Shown here: positions 21,448 through 31,790 of the stretch, in pieces
How positions within the stretch are numbered: position 1 is the first letter of the stretch
Layout: every line of letters begins with the position of its first letter
Assembly: GCA_963801165.1 (NCBI GenBank)
Contig: CAWDDT010000004.1
Coordinates: 736,001-800,000 of the forward strand
Origin: an uncultured bacterium
GTDB lineage: Bacteria > Actinomycetota > Acidimicrobiia > Spongiisociales > UBA5794
Length of the DNA: 64,000 nucleotides
Direction: 5' to 3'
The notes under the pieces: model-generated
Databases searched by the model: none
What the model was told of the DNA's origin: nothing
The model's input: only the letters and a program-made list of their open reading frames with translations
Position numbers and translations under genes: made by a program

Positions 21448-22328
21448 TGCGAATCACCTACGTGCTCAATGAGGCTTTCAACAACATTCGCCGCAACGGT
21501 CTGGTCGTGCTCGGAGCGGTGCTGGCGGTGTTCGTCTCGCTCTTTCTGACGTTCGGCACCCTCATCTTCGGTGAGATCGCGAGGGTCAACACCGAGCAAT
21601 GGCAACAAGATGTGCGGGTGATCGGCTTTCTCAGCAAGGACTTCACCGACGTTACGGGTCTGCAGGCGGAGATCAAGAGCTGGCCGGAGGTTGCCGAGGT
21701 GATCTACGTCAGCCCGTCCGAGGCCTACGACGAAGCCCAGCAAATGTTCGCCGACGATCCGCGCATGCTCCAGATCATCGACGATGACCCGTCGATCATC
21801 CCCGCGTCGCTGCGGGTTCGACCGATTGATCTCAACGATTACGAGACGATCAAACAGAGGATGATCAACTCGCCTGGCATCTCGGATGTGATCTCAGCCG
21901 ATGCAACCGTCCAGCAAATCGCCGCGATTCGAGACGGTTTACGCGTCTTCTTCTGGGTTCTTGCAGTCGCACTTGGGGCGGCCGCCATCGCACTCATTGC
22001 CAACACCATCCATATGGCTATTTATGCGCGCCGTGAAGAACTCGAGATCATGCATCTCGTGGGTGCCAGCAGCTGGTTTGTGAGGACACCGTTCGTGATC
22101 GAGGGTTTGTTCGAGGGTCTCCTGGGATCGGGGCTGGCTGTAGGCGCCGGCATCCTCGCGTACCGCCTCGCCAAGGATCGGCTCGCCGATCTGCCTGATT
22201 TCATCAGCCTCAACGTGCTCGGCTCGTTCATGCTCGCCAGAGGACTCATGATCGTGGTGTTCGGCGCCGTCGTCGGGGTGGTTGGCAGCAGCATCTCGCT
22301 TGCGGTCCACAAGTACGTGCGCACATGA
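21447..22328 (+). CDS. ftsX: Cell division permease FtsX
   Basis: Four TM segments; IANTIHMAIYARREELEIMHLVGA...PFVIEG. Confidence 0.93.
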
Positions 22329-23509
22329 AACGGCTGCTCCTCTTCATTTTGGCGGTCGCAATGCTGATCCCCACGGGGGTCGCGGGAGCATGGGATCTCA
22401 ACGACGACCTGGCAACTGTCAACAAGCGGATCGATTCGCTCAACGATCAGATTGCCAATGCCAACTCGTCGCGCACCGGAGTAATCGCCGATATCGAGAA
22501 CACCAGGGACAAGCTCGAGCTGCGCCAGGCGGATCTAGCGGACACCCAATCGCAGATCGAGGACACCCAGAACCAGATAGTCGACCAGGAGCGCAACCTG
22601 AACCTGCTCAAGTTCCAGCTTCAGCAGTCGTACCAATCGCTCGCCGATACGCGAGTGAGGCTCGATGATTCCAAGCAACAGGCAAAGGCGTGGGTCCGCG
22701 CCCGCTATGTCGGCTCGACGACCAGCACCGATACGGTGGCCCTGTCGGCTGACTCCATCACTTCGCTCTATGTCGGTCTCCGATATCTGGACTATGTAGC
22801 CGCAGACAACGATCGGGCGATGCTCGAATACGAGTCGCTGCAGACCCAGGAGACCCGCCAGCAAGATCTCATCCATGGCGACGAGGACGAGGTCAACAGC
22901 ACGATCGACACGCTCGACGCGACCAAAGCCACGCTCGACGATCTGGCTGCGGAGCAAGCCAAGCTGGCCGACGAGGTAGCGGCCGATTTGGCTGATCTGA
23001 ACGCCAAGCTGGATGATGTCGATTCCACCATCTCGGAGTTCAAGAACGAGCTCGACGGTCTGCAGGAAGAGCAGGCCCGCGTCGAGCAACTCATCGAGCA
23101 GGAGGCGTCCCGCGAGGGCCAGCGGCCCGGTGTGCTCGTGCGGCCGGTACCGGGCGCCATCACGAGCGGGTTCGGGATGCGTTACCACCCGATCCTCGGG
23201 TACACACGGATGCATACCGGGGTCGACATGCATGCCGCCTACGGTGAGCCGATCAAGGCAGCGGCATCGGGGAGGATCATTTTCGCCGGGGTCCGGGGCG
23301 GCTACGGCAATTGCATCATCATCGACCATGGTGGCGGCATGACCACGCTGTACGGGCACCAGTCGAGCCTCAACGTCTCTTACGATGACCACGTGTCGGC
23401 GGGTGACGTCATCGGCTTCGTCGGTTCCTCCGGGTTGGCGACGGGCCCACATCTCCATTTCGAGGTGCGGATCAACGGTAAGCCGGTCGACCCGGCGCCG
23501 TACTTGTAG
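22325..23509 (+). CDS. Coiled-coil M23 peptidase (EnvC-like FtsEX partner)
   Basis: Signal peptide, long coiled coil, intact HTGVD and HLH Zn motifs. Confidence 0.9.
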   Translation: MKRLLLFILAVAMLIPTGVAGAWDLNDDLATVNKRIDSLNDQIANANSSRTGVIADIENTRDKLELRQADLADTQSQIEDTQNQIVDQERNLNLLKFQLQQSYQSLADTRVRLDDSKQQAKAWVRARYVGSTTSTDTVALSADSITSLYVGLRYLDYVAADNDRAMLEYESLQTQETRQQDLIHGDEDEVNSTIDTLDATKATLDDLAAEQAKLADEVAADLADLNAKLDDVDSTISEFKNELDGLQEEQARVEQLIEQEASREGQRPGVLVRPVPGAITSGFGMRYHPILGYTRMHTGVDMHAAYGEPIKAAASGRIIFAGVRGGYGNCIIIDHGGGMTTLYGHQSSLNVSYDDHVSAGDVIGFVGSSGLATGPHLHFEVRINGKPVDPAPYL

Positions 23510-23517
23510 GGAGAGCC

Positions 23518-23970
23518 ATGCCTGGAGAGAAGGTCGTTGCCAGAAACCGCAAGGCACGCCACGACTACGAGATCATCGACACATTCGAATGCGGCATCGT
23601 GCTGCGCGGATCAGAGGTGAAGAGTCTCCGCAATGCGCAGATGGAGCTGAAGGACTCCTTTGCCGACATCCGGGACGGCGAGGTGTGGCTGGAGCGGGCG
23701 CACATCGCACCGTACGGGTTCTCGTCGGGAGGCGGGCACGACCCTGAGCGCACCCGCAAGCTGTTGCTGCATCGCACCGAGATCGACCGGCTCGTCGGCA
23801 AGGTCAACGAGGCCGGGCTGACCCTGGTGCCTCTCAGCGTCTACTTCAAGGAGGGCAAGGCCAAGGTGGAGCTTGCCCTCGTCCGGGGGCGCCGCAACTA
23901 CGACAAGCGGCAGCGGATCAGGGAGCGCGAGGAGAAGCGGGAGATGGAGAGAGCCCGCAGCCGGCGCTAG
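23518..23970 (+). CDS. smpB: SsrA-binding protein
   Basis: NRKARHDY, GSEVKSLR, RKLLLH, YDKR. Confidence 0.97.
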   Translation: MPGEKVVARNRKARHDYEIIDTFECGIVLRGSEVKSLRNAQMELKDSFADIRDGEVWLERAHIAPYGFSSGGGHDPERTRKLLLHRTEIDRLVGKVNEAGLTLVPLSVYFKEGKAKVELALVRGRRNYDKRQRIREREEKREMERARSRR

Positions 23971-24827
23971 CCCTCCGACCCGGTCGACATGGTCTCGAGT
24001 TGCGTGAAGATCTGCTCGACGTTGTCGATTCCCAGCTCACCGGCGATCCGGAACACGACTTTGCCTTCGGCGTCGGTCACCACCCAGAACGGGAACGCGT
24101 TCGTTCCGAATTTGGCCGCCACCTGTCCGCTCTCGTCGACGATCACCGGGAACGAGAACTGCTCGGCGTCGAGGTACTGCTCGAGCGGGTTGCCTCGCGA
24201 ATTATCAATAGCGGTGGTCACAGTGGCCAGGTCGATTCCCGGGAACCTCGCCGCATTCTCGGGCCACCAGGTGTTGAGGTCGGGGAGCTCCGCCTGGCAA
24301 TGCGGGCACCAATGAGCCCAGACCAGCCACACTCTGGCGATGCCATCGGTACCGGCGGTGTAGGTGACCTGCTGCCCGCTGTAGTACTCGGGGCCGCTGA
24401 TATCGGGGAGCTCCATTTCGGCGATGACGGCGGCGTCGTTGGAAGTGCCCTCGAACTGGGGAAGGTTGCCTGAGACGGCTGCGGTGATGGTGGCGGCGGG
24501 GGAGGCGGATGCGACAGCGGTGGCGACCTGATCGTCGAGGGCGGTCAGCTGCTCGCCGATGAGATCGATGTCGCGGCGCAGCGGTTTGAGGTCTGTGACG
24601 TCCGACTCGAGGGCAACCACTTCACGCCGGAGGTCACGCGACCGCTGCATCCCATCGAACTGGAGGCCGATCACGACGACGAGCAGAACCACAATCAGGC
24701 TTAGCAGCGGTGTGGTCCAACTGCGTGGCGGCGTCGGCTCGGATCCCTGCTTCGGCTCCGCCTCAGGAGGCGGCACAGGCTCCGGCTGGAATCCAGGCTC
24801 GGTGATCGGCGGCTGCGTTTCGTCCAT
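23967..24827 (-). CDS. Membrane-anchored TlpA/ResA-like thiol-disulfide oxidoreductase
   Basis: TM helix, coiled coil, WAHWCPHCQAELP, AFP cis-Pro. Confidence 0.85.
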   Translation of the reverse strand: MDETQPPITEPGFQPEPVPPPEAEPKQGSEPTPPRSWTTPLLSLIVVLLVVVIGLQFDGMQRSRDLRREVVALESDVTDLKPLRRDIDLIGEQLTALDDQVATAVASASPAATITAAVSGNLPQFEGTSNDAAVIAEMELPDISGPEYYSGQQVTYTAGTDGIARVWLVWAHWCPHCQAELPDLNTWWPENAARFPGIDLATVTTAIDNSRGNPLEQYLDAEQFSFPVIVDESGQVAAKFGTNAFPFWVVTDAEGKVVFRIAGELGIDNVEQIFTQLETMSTGSEG

Positions 24828-24880
24828 ACGGGGAGTATGCCCTTCTTCTGAATATCACGACGAATCGCGACCCCCGATGC

Positions 24881-25420
24881 TCACGAGCTGGCCGGGGGCA
24901 GACTTTGCGTAGGAATGGCTTCGGCACCTTCGACGCCGCGCATAACCATAACGGGCTCAGCACCGGTCAGGTCGATGAGGAGGTGCTGGCTAGCGAGAAC
25001 CTGGCGCAGGTCATCGATCGAATCTGCCTGCTCGACGACGATGCCGTCGATCATGATGTTGTTGCCGCCGGGCTCACCGTCGCGGAAGTCGGTCTTGAGT
25101 GAGATGATCCGCTTGTTCATCCCCCATGCGATTCCTGCCTCGATGCAGGCCCCCTCGTCGGGAACCCGCCCGTCCAGACAGAAGACAACCAGATCGGCCG
25201 TCTTCACCTCGCGGATGTTGAGGTCGAAGATGTGGGTCCGCGCTTCGTCGAGAGTCATCCCGTCCTTCTCGATGAAGTCGGTCAGCAGCCCAACGTCGCG
25301 CTGAGGGAACCACGTGGAGTAGCCGAGTTCCTCGATCATCGCGACGACCTTGTCGTTGAACGCACGTTCGGCCTCGTTGAACAGGCTCGAGGCGTAATAA
25401 ACGCGTGGCTGGCGTGTCAT
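24881..25420 (-). CDS. Nucleoside 2-deoxyribosyltransferase family protein
   Basis: YYASSLF, FPQRD, DGRVPDEGACIEAG, TDFR, NNIMI. Confidence 0.85.
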   Translation of the reverse strand: MTRQPRVYYASSLFNEAERAFNDKVVAMIEELGYSTWFPQRDVGLLTDFIEKDGMTLDEARTHIFDLNIREVKTADLVVFCLDGRVPDEGACIEAGIAWGMNKRIISLKTDFRDGEPGGNNIMIDGIVVEQADSIDDLRQVLASQHLLIDLTGAEPVMVMRGVEGAEAIPTQSLPPASS

Positions 25421-25563
25421 GTGGTCATGTCCCTTCCCCGGTCGACTACGCACCCGCGACCGTTGGTGACTCAGAGTAGCGGCAATTGGGAATCATCAGA
25501 ACTTCAGTGAGGTTGACAGTGGTCGACATCGGGTATTGTGGTGCTTGACCCGAGCCCCTTCGT

Positions 25564-25917
25564 GGGGGTGACACGGTTTCGACTGTGAGGGTTGAGGTAT
25601 CGGAAGCGAGCCGAGGAACCCCGGAGTCCTCGTTAAATTGCCGGGAAACAAATACGTGCCGACAACAATCTGGCACTGGCTGCCTAAATAAGCGGCCTGT
25701 CCGACCGGTGGGTTCCTGCCTCGCCGGACCCGGGCAACGCAATGCAGGATGCTCCCGCCTGGGAAGTCAGGACCGGCGGGTCAAGATCTAACTGACTAGG
25801 GCCTTGGGAAACTGGCCGACAGAGTCCCTTGGTCCGAAAACTCTCTGTCGGCTGCGCTCGGAGATGCCGGCGCTGAAACCTCATAGGACGGGGGTTCGAT
25901 TCCCCCCACCTCCACCA
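25564..25917 (+). ncRNA. ssrA: tmRNA; tag ORF ADNNLALAA* at 25658-25687
   Basis: 5' GGGGGTG pairs with CACCTCC-ACCA including a G3:U pair; T-loop GGTTCGATTCC; tag ends LAA; smpB nearby. Confidence 0.97.
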
Positions 25918-25921
25918 CGAT

Positions 25922-25958
25922 GGAGAAGCTCCCCGCCAACAATGGCGGGGAGTTCTTC
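25922..25958 (+). terminator. Hairpin terminator after ssrA
   Basis: AGCTCCCCGCCA-ACAA-TGGCGGGGAGTT followed by CTTC. Confidence 0.7.
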
Positions 25959-26179
25959 ATATCAACGGTGGGAAACGATGCGTACCCGCTTATGGCGGGT
26001 ACGTTGCAGTTCGGGGGCGAACTGCCTTGTGGGTTGCGCCCGGCTCGTGTCGGACCGTCGACAAGTTCTGAGACGTCATTCGCGTCCACTGTTGCATGGT
26101 TGCCACGTCTCCAGCTTGTCGGCCGACAACACGAGGGCGGTGCACGCGGTCTGATAGCGCTCTCGTACCAAGGCTCGTA

Positions 26180-26629
26180 TCAGCGTTTGCGGCCCTGGGC
26201 CAGAGCGGCCACTGACTTGGCGATGCGGCGCTCTCTTGTCTCGGGGGCCTTGGCGCCGGCTACCTGGAGCACGTGCCAGGACCTGTCGGAGTACGAGAGG
26301 GTTTCGAACTTCGCCCGTGCATTCGGCTCGGCGTCCAGCGCCGCCGCGAAGTCTTCCGGCACCTCGACCGTGCGCGGCTGGGTGTCCACCTCGATCACTA
26401 CCGTGACGTGGTCACCGGCGGCAACCCCGGCCGCCTCGCGGTTCGCCTTGCTCAGGCTTGCCATGCTCTTGCCGTTCATGACCCCTACCGAGGTGCGGTA
26501 GGTGAATCCGTTGATGGTCACCGTGATCGGTGGCCGCTTCCCGGCACCGAGCTTTGCGACGTCGTCCGGGGGCAGCTCGATTCCGGTCGTCGTCTTGCCA
26601 GTCTGCTGGATAATTGTCTTCAGCTTCAT
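26180..26629 (-). CDS. DUF1905 plus YdeI/OmpD-associated family protein
   Basis: MKLKTII..TTGIELP..RPPITVTING..VEVPEDF..AKAPETRERRI; start moved from 27154. Confidence 0.88.
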   Translation of the reverse strand: MKLKTIIQQTGKTTTGIELPPDDVAKLGAGKRPPITVTINGFTYRTSVGVMNGKSMASLSKANREAAGVAAGDHVTVVIEVDTQPRTVEVPEDFAAALDAEPNARAKFETLSYSDRSWHVLQVAGAKAPETRERRIAKSVAALAQGRKR

Positions 26630-27336
26630 ACCCGCTCGCTCTCTGACGTGTCTGTGCGCTTGCCGACAACCGGATGAGGGACGCGCTTGTAGATGTCGAC
26701 AGAGACGATGCCCAGCCAAACCCATCCGGCGACGACACTGATCCAGAGCGCCATGACTCCGACGGCGGAGGTGGCCAGAGCCGCCCCGACGAGGAAACCG
26801 GCGATGATGATCCACGTCGAGATCCGGGAGTAGGCGGCCATCCGCATTTCGTCCTTCTGTGTGCACCACCGGCCCAGGATGAACGCGGCAACCGCCAGGC
26901 TGACGAAACCGACGGCGCCGAATGCAAGATGCAAGATGCCGCTCAGTGTCGCCTGACCGTCGGTGCTGCCTGGTGGGAAGCCACGCATCGGGTCTGGTGT
27001 GAAGATCCCGCTGCCGATTAGACACGCCGCATAGACAGTGAGCAAGTTGGATGTAGAGCGAGTTCGTGGCGAACCCGCCAATGCCCTCCGAAACCCGAAC
27101 GCGGCAGCGATCACCATCGCTCCGGTGATGATCAGGTTGGCTCGCTGTAGCCAACCGTAGTCACCGATTGTGAGCAGGCTGAGCGCATGCCGGGAGAAGT
27201 CGAATCCAGTGCGAGTCAAACCGAGCCCGATCCCGACGACCAGGTAGAACACCCCCGACAGCACGCCGTATCCGAGCAGCGATCGGGTCACCGCCGCTGC
27301 CCCGTCGAAGCCCCGCGCCGTGTCATGGTTGGTCAT
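26626..27336 (-). CDS. DUF998-family membrane protein
   Basis: RHALSLL, GWLQRAN, GIFTPDP..FPPG, LH motif. Confidence 0.82.
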   Translation of the reverse strand: MTNHDTARGFDGAAAVTRSLLGYGVLSGVFYLVVGIGLGLTRTGFDFSRHALSLLTIGDYGWLQRANLIITGAMVIAAAFGFRRALAGSPRTRSTSNLLTVYAACLIGSGIFTPDPMRGFPPGSTDGQATLSGILHLAFGAVGFVSLAVAAFILGRWCTQKDEMRMAAYSRISTWIIIAGFLVGAALATSAVGVMALWISVVAGWVWLGIVSVDIYKRVPHPVVGKRTDTSESERV

Positions 27337-27362
27337 ATCAGGGCTCCCTCCCGAAGTAGTTG

Positions 27363-27400
27363 TTACACTGAGGAGGGCAATACTGTACTCGCTAGTGTAA
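27363..27400. promoter_or_regulatory. Tandem TetR-type operators, consensus TTACACT-N4-AGTGTAA
   Basis: TTACACT-GAGG-AGGGCAA (27363-27380) and CTGTACT-CGCT-AGTGTAA (27383-27400) between divergent tetR and DUF998. Confidence 0.6.
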
Positions 27401-27418
27401 TAAGTCAAGGAGTTCGGC

Positions 27419-28060
27419 TTGAGTCGGGGAACTACGTCAATCGATCCGCGGATCGAACGTTCGCGGGCGGCCATCATTCCCGCAGCTATCGAGACCTTCC
27501 TAGCCAACGGCTACCAGGCAACCAACGTCGACGAGATCGCGGCGGCAGCTCGGGTCTCTAAGAGAACCATCTACAACATCTTCGGCGACAAGGAGCGGTT
27601 GTTCCGGGAGATCATTGCCGAGACGTTTGCCGCCGCAGAGGCCTTCTCATCCGAGGTGGCGGAGTCGCTGGTCGCGACCGACGACATCCGGGCCACTCTC
27701 GAAGCTGCAGCCATCCAGCTGGCGGCGATCGTACTGAGCGACCGGGTGATGAGACTACGTCGTCTCCTCATCGGGGAGGCAGAGCGATTCCCCGAACTGG
27801 CATCCGAGTACTACGCCCGTGCCCCGGGGCGAGTCATCTCGGTCATCGCGGGGGCGTTCGAGGATCTCGGCAACAGAGGTCTTCTCCAGATCGACGACCC
27901 GCTTCTGGCCGCCGAGCAGTTTGCCTACCTCGTAGTTGGAGCGCAGATCGATCGTGCTCTGTTCCACACACAGCGGCTCGCCCCATCCGACGACGACATC
28001 ACCGCGCGGGCCCGTTACGGCGTAGCTACGTTCCTGAAGGCACACCAGCCGGACCGGTGA
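27419..28060 (+). CDS. TetR/AcrR-family regulator
   Basis: HTH NVDEIAAAARVSKRTIYNIFGDKERLF; RRLLIGEAERFPEL C-domain. Confidence 0.92.
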   Translation: MSRGTTSIDPRIERSRAAIIPAAIETFLANGYQATNVDEIAAAARVSKRTIYNIFGDKERLFREIIAETFAAAEAFSSEVAESLVATDDIRATLEAAAIQLAAIVLSDRVMRLRRLLIGEAERFPELASEYYARAPGRVISVIAGAFEDLGNRGLLQIDDPLLAAEQFAYLVVGAQIDRALFHTQRLAPSDDDITARARYGVATFLKAHQPDR

Positions 28061-28067
28061 TCTGCGG

Positions 28068-31000
28068 TCACCCGCCGCACCCTGTGGTGGCGTAGGTGGT
28101 GGTGGTGTCGAAGAGGGTCCAGGTGGTGGTGGTGAAGTCGGTGGGTTGGGTTTGGTAGATGGAGAAGGCGATGCGGCAGCCGGGGGTGGTGGTGTTGTCG
28201 GCTAGTTGGGTTCCTGGTTGGTAGATGAAGATGACTGGGGTGCCGTTTGTGGTGGTGGCGATGGTGGTGGCGTCTGGGCCGGGTTGTCCGTATTGGGTGG
28301 AGCGGGGGGTGGGGGTGATGGTGATGGTGCCGGTGTATCCGGCGGCGAGGGGGTGGGTGGGGTTGGTGATGGTGAGTTGGTTGGTGTTGGTTGTGCCGTA
28401 GTCGGTGCCGGAGGTGGGTCCGGTCATGGCTTGGTCGTCCAGTAGCCATGGTTTGGAGATCCAGACGGGGGTGGTGGTGGTTTTGAAGGTGTCGGCGACG
28501 ATCCACGAAGCGGTTGAGGAGACGACGATCAGGTCGGTGTTGTCTGCGGTGGTGGCGGTGATCTGGTTGTCGTCTACAACGGTGACGTCATAGCCGTTGG
28601 TTTCCCACCGGTTGATGACGGCCGTTTCGCCGCTGTTGAGTGCTGCCGGGTCGCCAACAACCAGGGTGATCGACGCCGGCGGATAGTTGTCGACTACCAC
28701 ACTGATCGTGTCGTCGGCGGACGCACCCAACGTGTCGGTGGCGATGGCGGTGATGGTGTCTTGTCCTTCCGGCCAGGTGGTGGTGTCCCAATCAACCGAC
28801 CAGCCGTCGCTGCCGTCGCTGTCTACCCCCAGCGAGGTGCCGTTGACGAAGAACTCCACCTGAGCCACCCCGTCAGGATCATCAGCAGACACCCCGACCG
28901 TCACCACTGAAGACACCGAAGAACCATCAACAAGACCCGTGATCGAAACTGTTGGTGGGTTGTTGACCGGTGCGGGTTCGCAGCTGGTGGTGGCGTAGGT
29001 GGTGGTGGTGTCGAAGAGGGTCCAGGTGGTGGTGGTGAAGTCGGTGGGTTGGGTTTGGTAGATGGAGAAGGCGATGCGGCAGCCGGGGGTGGTGGTGTTG
29101 TCGGCTAGTTGGGTTCCTGGTTGGTAGATGAAGATGACTGGGGTGCCGTTTGTGGTGGTGGCGATGGTGGTGGCGTCTGGGCCGGGTTGTCCGTATTGGG
29201 TGGAGCGGGGGGTGGGGGTGATGGTGATGGTGCCGGTGTATCCGGCGGCGAGGGGGTGGGTGGGGTTGGTGATGGTGAGTTGGTTGGTGTTGGTTGTGCC
29301 GTAGTCGGTGCCGGAGGTGGGTCCGGTCATGGCTTGGTCGTCCAGTAGCCATGGTTTGGAGATCCAGACGGGGGTGGTGGTGGTTTTGAAGGTGTCGGCG
29401 ACGATCCACGAAGCGGTTGAGGAGACGACGATCAGGTCGGTGTTGTCTGCGGTGGTGGCGGTGATCTGGTTGTCGTCTACAACGGTGACGTCATAGCCGT
29501 TGGTTTCCCACCGGTTGATGACGGCCGTTTCGCCGCTGTTGAGTGCTGCCGGGTCGCCAACAACCAGGGTGATCGACGCCGGCGGATAGTTGTCGACTAC
29601 CACACTGATCGTGTCGTCGGCGGACGCACCCAACGTGTCGGTGGCGATGGCGGTGATGGTGTCTTGTCCTTCCGGCCAGGTGGTGGTGTCCCAATCAACC
29701 GACCAGCCGTCGCTGCCGTCGGTGTCTACCCCCAGCGAGGTGCCGTTGACGAAGAACTCCACCTGAGCCACCCCGTCAGGATCATCAGCAGACACCCCGA
29801 CCGTCACCACTGAAGACACCGAAGAACCATCAACAAGACCCGTGATCGAAACTGTTGGTGGGTTGTTGACCGGTGCGGGTTCGCAGCTGGTGGTGGCGTA
29901 GGTGGTGGTGGTGTCGAAGAGGGTCCAGGTGGTGGTGGTGAAGTCGGTGGGTTGGGTTTGGTAGATGGAGAAGGCGATGCGGCAGCCGGGGGTGGTGGTG
30001 TTGTCGGCTAGTTGGGTTCCTGGTTGGTAGATGAAGATGACTGGGGTGCCGTTTGTGGTGGTGGCGATGGTGGTGGCGTCTGGGCCGGGTTGTCCGTATT
30101 GGGTGGAGCGGGGGGTGGGGGTGATGGTGATGGTGCCGGTGTATCCGGCGGCGAGGGGGTGGGTGGGGTTGGTGATGGTGAGTTGGTTGGTGTTGGTTGT
30201 GCCGTAGTCGGTGCCGGAGGTGGGTCCGGTCATGGCTTGGTCGTCCAGTAGCCATGGTTTGGAGATCCAGACGGGGGTGGTGGTGGTTTTGAAGGTGTCG
30301 GCGACGATCCACGAAGCGGTTGAGGAGACGACGATCAGGTCGGTGTTGTCTGCGGTGGTGGCGGTGATCTGGTTGTCGTCTACAACGGTGACGTCATAGC
30401 CGTTGGTTTCCCACCGGTTGATGACGGCCGTTTCGCCGCTGTTGAGTGCTGCCGGGTCGCCAACAACCAGGGTGATCGACGCCGGCGGATAGTTGTCGAC
30501 TACCACACTGATCGTGTCGTCGGCGGACGCACCCAACGTGTCGGTGGCGATGGCGGTGATGGTGTCTTGTCCTTCCGGCCAGGTGGTTGTGTCCCAATCA
30601 ACCGACCAGCCGTCGCTGCCGTCGGTGTCTACCCCCAGCGAGGTGCCGTTGACGAAGAACTCCACCTGAGCCACCCCGTCAGGATCATCAGCAGACACCC
30701 CGACCGTCACCACTGAAGACACCGAAGAACCATCAACAAGACCCGTGATCGAAACCAACGGCGGAGCGTTCACCGGGGTGTCGCCGCCGTAGAACGAATC
30801 GGAGGCCATGGCCTGGAGTGCGGCAAGGGCGGTGGCAGTCGAGTCGGCCGGCCACAAGCAGCCCGGCTGAGCGGGGTTGGTGCGAACGAAGTAGGAAATG
30901 GCGACGAATTGGTCCCAACCGGCGGTCTTGAACAGAGTCTGAGCGTCGGCGATCCATGCCGCCTTGGCTGTCCCTCCGTCCCCCGCCATCTCGGTGGACG

Positions 31001-31790
31001 CCCATTCAGCGAGGATCAGACCCTTGTCAGGATGTTGTGCGCCGAACTGTCGTAACGGCTTGATCATGTCTTCGAGCGACCGCCAGGCGACGGGCTCGAG
31101 TGGCCGGCAGCTCGCATAGTTGTAGGGATCGGCGCCGATGTAGTCGACGACGTCGTCACCCGGGTACCACAGGGGTGCGTACCTACGGTCAGACGGCCCG
31201 ACTGCGAAGCTGTAGTCGGTCATGATCCACACAAACGAGACGTTGGTGACGCCCTGCGCGGCGAACTCGGCGACCACACGCCGCCAGGCGTCGATGAAGT
31301 CCTGATCCGTCCCGTTTGCCGTGTTCTCGACCACCTCCGGCTCGTGGTTGAAGGTGAACCACACCGGGACGCCGAGAGCGCCGATCTTCTGCACCCACGC
31401 CACCAGCTCGTCGTAGACCTGTGACCCGGGCTGGGCATCCGCGATGTCCCGCCAGGCCACGAACGAACCGTCGCTCCGTCTGGCCCGGACCGACAGCAGC
31501 ATGCGTTGCCCGTTGGTCACCAATTCGTTGTGGAAGACGGTGGGAAACGGCGAGTCCCACAGCTCGAACACACGAACGAAATCGAGCGGGCGGCCGAGTT
31601 GCCCCTCGAGCTCGCTGAGACCGTCGATCCGCCCGTCGTCGTAGCCGCTCGGCGCGGCGCCGAACTCGATGGTCCCGGCGGCACGGGCGCGGGGAGTCGG
31701 CAACAGGGCGACGAGGACCATAACGACGAGCATCGCGCCCGCCGCGCTGAGAACCGGATTCCGCCTATGACCTGCGACGGCACGCGCCAC
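28068..31790 (-). CDS. Secreted GH26-like (clan GH-A) glycoside hydrolase with three 301-aa Ig-like plus Thr-rich modules
   Basis: Signal peptide; FNHEPE, WYPGDDVVDYIGAD, ILAEW; Big-type repeats (VAQVEFFVNG..WSVDWDTT). Confidence 0.8.
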   Translation of the reverse strand: MARAVAGHRRNPVLSAAGAMLVVMVLVALLPTPRARAAGTIEFGAAPSGYDDGRIDGLSELEGQLGRPLDFVRVFELWDSPFPTVFHNELVTNGQRMLLSVRARRSDGSFVAWRDIADAQPGSQVYDELVAWVQKIGALGVPVWFTFNHEPEVVENTANGTDQDFIDAWRRVVAEFAAQGVTNVSFVWIMTDYSFAVGPSDRRYAPLWYPGDDVVDYIGADPYNYASCRPLEPVAWRSLEDMIKPLRQFGAQHPDKGLILAEWASTEMAGDGGTAKAAWIADAQTLFKTAGWDQFVAISYFVRTNPAQPGCLWPADSTATALAALQAMASDSFYGGDTPVNAPPLVSITGLVDGSSVSSVVTVGVSADDPDGVAQVEFFVNGTSLGVDTDGSDGWSVDWDTTTWPEGQDTITAIATDTLGASADDTISVVVDNYPPASITLVVGDPAALNSGETAVINRWETNGYDVTVVDDNQITATTADNTDLIVVSSTASWIVADTFKTTTTPVWISKPWLLDDQAMTGPTSGTDYGTTNTNQLTITNPTHPLAAGYTGTITITPTPRSTQYGQPGPDATTIATTTNGTPVIFIYQPGTQLADNTTTPGCRIAFSIYQTQPTDFTTTTWTLFDTTTTYATTSCEPAPVNNPPTVSITGLVDGSSVSSVVTVGVSADDPDGVAQVEFFVNGTSLGVDTDGSDGWSVDWDTTTWPEGQDTITAIATDTLGASADDTISVVVDNYPPASITLVVGDPAALNSGETAVINRWETNGYDVTVVDDNQITATTADNTDLIVVSSTASWIVADTFKTTTTPVWISKPWLLDDQAMTGPTSGTDYGTTNTNQLTITNPTHPLAAGYTGTITITPTPRSTQYGQPGPDATTIATTTNGTPVIFIYQPGTQLADNTTTPGCRIAFSIYQTQPTDFTTTTWTLFDTTTTYATTSCEPAPVNNPPTVSITGLVDGSSVSSVVTVGVSADDPDGVAQVEFFVNGTSLGVDSDGSDGWSVDWDTTTWPEGQDTITAIATDTLGASADDTISVVVDNYPPASITLVVGDPAALNSGETAVINRWETNGYDVTVVDDNQITATTADNTDLIVVSSTASWIVADTFKTTTTPVWISKPWLLDDQAMTGPTSGTDYGTTNTNQLTITNPTHPLAAGYTGTITITPTPRSTQYGQPGPDATTIATTTNGTPVIFIYQPGTQLADNTTTPGCRIAFSIYQTQPTDFTTTTWTLFDTTTTYATTGCGG
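28084..30755. repeat. 903-bp tandem repeat, about 3 near-identical copies
   Basis: Identical registers at 28084, 28987 and 29890; by eye only substitutions at 28819 and 30588. Confidence 0.95.

Noticed and set aside
25920-26501. 193-aa ORF after ssrA
   Set aside because: Runs through terminator hairpins, lies antisense to the YdeI-like gene and has no motifs.
28015-30312. His-rich repeated ORFs (MDRRRHLQNHHH...)
   Set aside because: Alternative-frame reading of ACC (Thr) runs in the 903-bp repeats.
28084-30755. Diversity-generating retroelement TR/VR pair
   Set aside because: The copies are in-frame tandem modules with almost no differences, and no reverse transcriptase is in the window.
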